A stretch of 64,000 bases of DNA, from assembly GCA_965645245.1 (NCBI GenBank), contig OZ287070.1, positions 2,108,001 through 2,172,000 of the forward strand, given 5' to 3'. Of this stretch, positions 60,919-64,000 are shown piece by piece (positions within the stretch are counted from its first letter, which is position 1; every line of letters starts with the position of its first letter). The notes under the pieces were generated by a model. The model was not told the DNA's origin, did not search any database, and saw only the letters and a list, made by a program, of their open reading frames with translations. This stretch comes from Massalongia carnosa. Its lineage: Eukaryota. A program made the position numbers and the translations under genes.

Positions 60919-63900
60919 ATGCCTTTCTTCTCGAAAGTGTTTAAAAGTAAAGACCGGGAAGGCGGGGTCTCGAAGTCGAAAAAGCACTCTCAAGCAAATG
61001 GAGCAGTTCCAATTCCACCCCCAAAGCCCCGCTGGGATGATGCTTGGCAGCGGAAAGACGTGGAGCCGGAGGAAATCCAGGAGTTACTGAGAGGATGTAC
61101 TCATGAACTAAAATCCCGAGGTTTGCGGCCCCGCTGATTTGGCTCGAGTATCTACAAGATGGAACGGTGATTAAGCTGACTGGCTACGTTCTTCAGCGCT
61201 GGATATGCCTTTCCTCCTTCTCCCCTTTAGACCTGCGTCGGATCCCAGCGCAGCCCGCAGCTTCATTCGTAATTATTTCAACCCCGACAGAGGATTACAG
61301 CTTCAAGGCGATCGTTTAAGTCAGGAGCTCTTGCTCACTGAACCCATGGTGAGTCGATCAACATTTAGAGGAGATAGGCTTGCTGAAAATATGCAGGTCC
61401 TTTGCAGTGTGATGAAATGGTGCTGGAGCAGATTGGCTGGTGGGGTGGTGACATGGGAGGCATATGAACTGTTTCGTGTTGGGGAGCAAGGTATGACGAT
61501 CGCGTTGCTCTCCTAGGCTTAATTAACATTACGGGTAGATTCCGACATGGCTCGTGACGCCTTTGCTACCTTTATCCCAATCAGCGTAGAGTCGGACGCC
61601 CGGACGAAGATTATCTTCGACTTTTTCGACCTTATGGCTGCAATCGCTGCTCATGGTAAAACCAACGGAATGGGAGGCCGTAAACTGTCGAGGTTAGCGG
61701 GTTGGTGGGCATTCGAACAGGTCGATCTTGGCAATGGCTTTGACGGAGGATACAAGTCCTGGTCTAGGTTGGTTAGCTGTCATACTTGACACTTCACCCT
61801 GCTGACGGGTGTAACAGTGCTGCGGATGCAGCGAGCCACTTATTTTTCGCATATCTTCGATCCCTTTCCCCGGACTCTGTGAAGGGAACAAACGGCATTT
61901 CGGCGCTACCCTTATCACTGCAGGCTCTAGTTCAAGCCACAGAGTACCCGCCTGAGCAGCTGAACATGAGTCCCACGTCGAAGGTCGTGATGATTGTCGA
62001 TTCTGTTTCACCTACACCTTTTGCTTTGCTCCGCCGTGCCAAGCATTTTGAGTACCGTGACGACGATCGAGCTTTGCAAGAATTTTCCAACTACGACGAT
62101 CCTGTGCAGGCGTTGACCGAGGAGTGTCGACGGGTGCTCTACAGTATCTCATCCACAAACCAGTCAACAGTCTCTACCACAAAAGCTTCCACGAGCCTTG
62201 GGGATGCGTCTTGGTCACGATTTGAGGATATTGGGTTCGGCGGGTTCGGAGATTATTCTGATCATGAGGATGAGGCAGAAGGCTCTGCCTTGGGGAAAAA
62301 ACGCAAAGCACCACCGGGTCTAAGGTCAGCGCCACAGTCCAAGACCCACGATCTTGGCCGCCCAACAACGCCTTCATGGGCCGATTTTCTTTCCTCGGGA
62401 TTTGTTGATGAGACCAACAATAGTCGACCGGCACCTCTTCTACTCCCATCGGATAAGATACTCCCACCCATAGACGGTAGACGAGGGCAAAGCTCACAAT
62501 CTCACCGTCGTGCTGCAGAAGATGGGTCTAACCTAGAGCCTGGAGAGCTTGCAAGCATCAACAGCATTTACTATGATGATGCTTTCTGGTGGGTCTGGAT
62601 AAGTAGTCTTGCCGGCGAGGAGACCACAGAGAGAAAGGCCGTCTTTGGAAGATGTGCATTGATTGAGACGACGATGAAAGGCGGGAAATGGCTTATCATA
62701 GAAGAGATTGTCAAGGGTGCAGCGCCAGAGCCAGATCAGGGGGCTTATATCGCAGAAAAGAAGAGCCGATTTGGCTTCAGTAAGAGGGGGAAAGTGACCA
62801 GGACGAAATCCATGAGCAGGAAATCAGGGCCTCCACCAATCACGCAGCCATACACACGGAGCAATCAGCCTTCTCCTCTGAGCAAAACTAGTATCGGTCC
62901 CGACCAGCATGCACGGATACAAGCTGCCGCAGCGGTGTTGCAACAGAAGCAAAAGCAGCACGAGCGAGATGCCACAGGTCCCCGAAGGGCCAGGATGGAA
63001 GATGCAACATCGACCAAAACGAACAGTGTCTTCACACTGCAACCTGTCATCATGAGCGAAGCAGCTCCTGCGATGAAGTGGGCCAACTCTTATGACAAGG
63101 ATGCAATCCGCGCTGCGTATCTTGGTAATAATTTTACCGGCAAGGGATCTACAACAGACCTACGAGGTCCTGCAGGATTCTCCAACTTCGAAGACCATAA
63201 TGGTTCTATGACACCGATGGCGCCCAATGGGTCTGCTCATAAAAATGGCGGCAACATATACGACCATGGGGGTGGGTTACCTCGGAACGATTCCGGTCTT
63301 ACAGGAAAGGACTTAGCAAAGGACAGAGATTTACCAGCGCTTCCACCGGACATACCTCAACAACCAGTGTCGAATGAAACGGCTACGCAGGCAGCCAAGG
63401 TTCCATTGCCAGCCATCACCCCTATGGAGAATGCTCGTTCATCTGACGTGAAACCACTGTCTCCTACTGGACAATACTTCGCTGGTGTGGATGAGCCATC
63501 GCATAATGTATTAGATGCTTCTGCGCAAGAAGTGACTAATGGCACCGTTTCATCCAACTCTTCACCCGAGAGTAAGAAGGGTAATATGAAGCTCCCTAGA
63601 ACACAAGGTGGTGGATTCAAAGGTTTCTTTGGCAAGAAGAAGACGGGAGCCGCGGTCCCGCCTGCGTCGCCGAAACCTGTGGATAGTACAGCAGTAGCAG
63701 CAGCCCGTGCGGCTTATGTCGGGCCTCAGATGAAGCCAAATTACAATAGTAGCCAAACCACTTTGGGACGTCGCATGTCCCTCATCGGGCGGAAGAAGTC
63801 GCCTCCAGCGCCAGCTATGCCACCTCCGGCGGTAGAACCGGTTCAGGACGCAGAAAATGGAGATACCGCTACGCCAATGCCTATTCCGGCCAACCGTTTC

Positions 63901-64000
63901 GGAAGTCACAACGGTTTCGCTGGTTCCCAAATCAGTTTGAACCGTGGCAATACTACCGAAGAGCACCAAGCCAAGCGCGAATTCCGTAGCTTTGACCAAG
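60919..64000 (+). CDS. MSB1: Msb1/Mug8-domain morphogenesis-related protein, multi-exon, 3' end beyond the window
   Basis: ATG 60919. Reads MPFFSKVF..CTHELKSRALDMPFLLLPFRP..VLCSVMKWCWSRL..NGMGGRKLSRLAGWWAF..HLFFAYLRS across four short GT-AG introns, then a long open final exon. Confidence 0.85.

Overview
Eukaryotic DNA from a filamentous ascomycete (Pezizomycotina), judged from short GT-AG introns and the gene families present. Seven ordinary host genes sit in islands: a Q-rich protein 3' end, a CFEM/PTH11-like receptor, an NTF2-like protein, a citrate-lyase-beta-like lyase, a cytosine-deaminase-like amidohydrolase, a DUF3140 protein and an MSB1-like gene. Long gene-poor tracts with eroded coding remnants separate them. 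Two nested transposon stacks can be resolved to the base. Stack 1 (20710-27029) holds two related DD34E Tc1-like elements, one inserted into the left TIR of the other. Each carries a second, convergent, mutually homologous gene with a SAM-like C-terminus (plus a Cys/His cluster in the longer copy). A 322-bp solo-LTR-like insert splits the outer transposase. This two-gene Tc1 architecture is the best candidate for an undescribed system. Stack 2 (45381-51645) is a DD35D Fot1/pogo element interrupted by a two-gene PIF/Harbinger-type element with an ATT target duplication, which itself contains a 441-bp solo LTR. All calls come from reading the sequence by eye; no database search was run.
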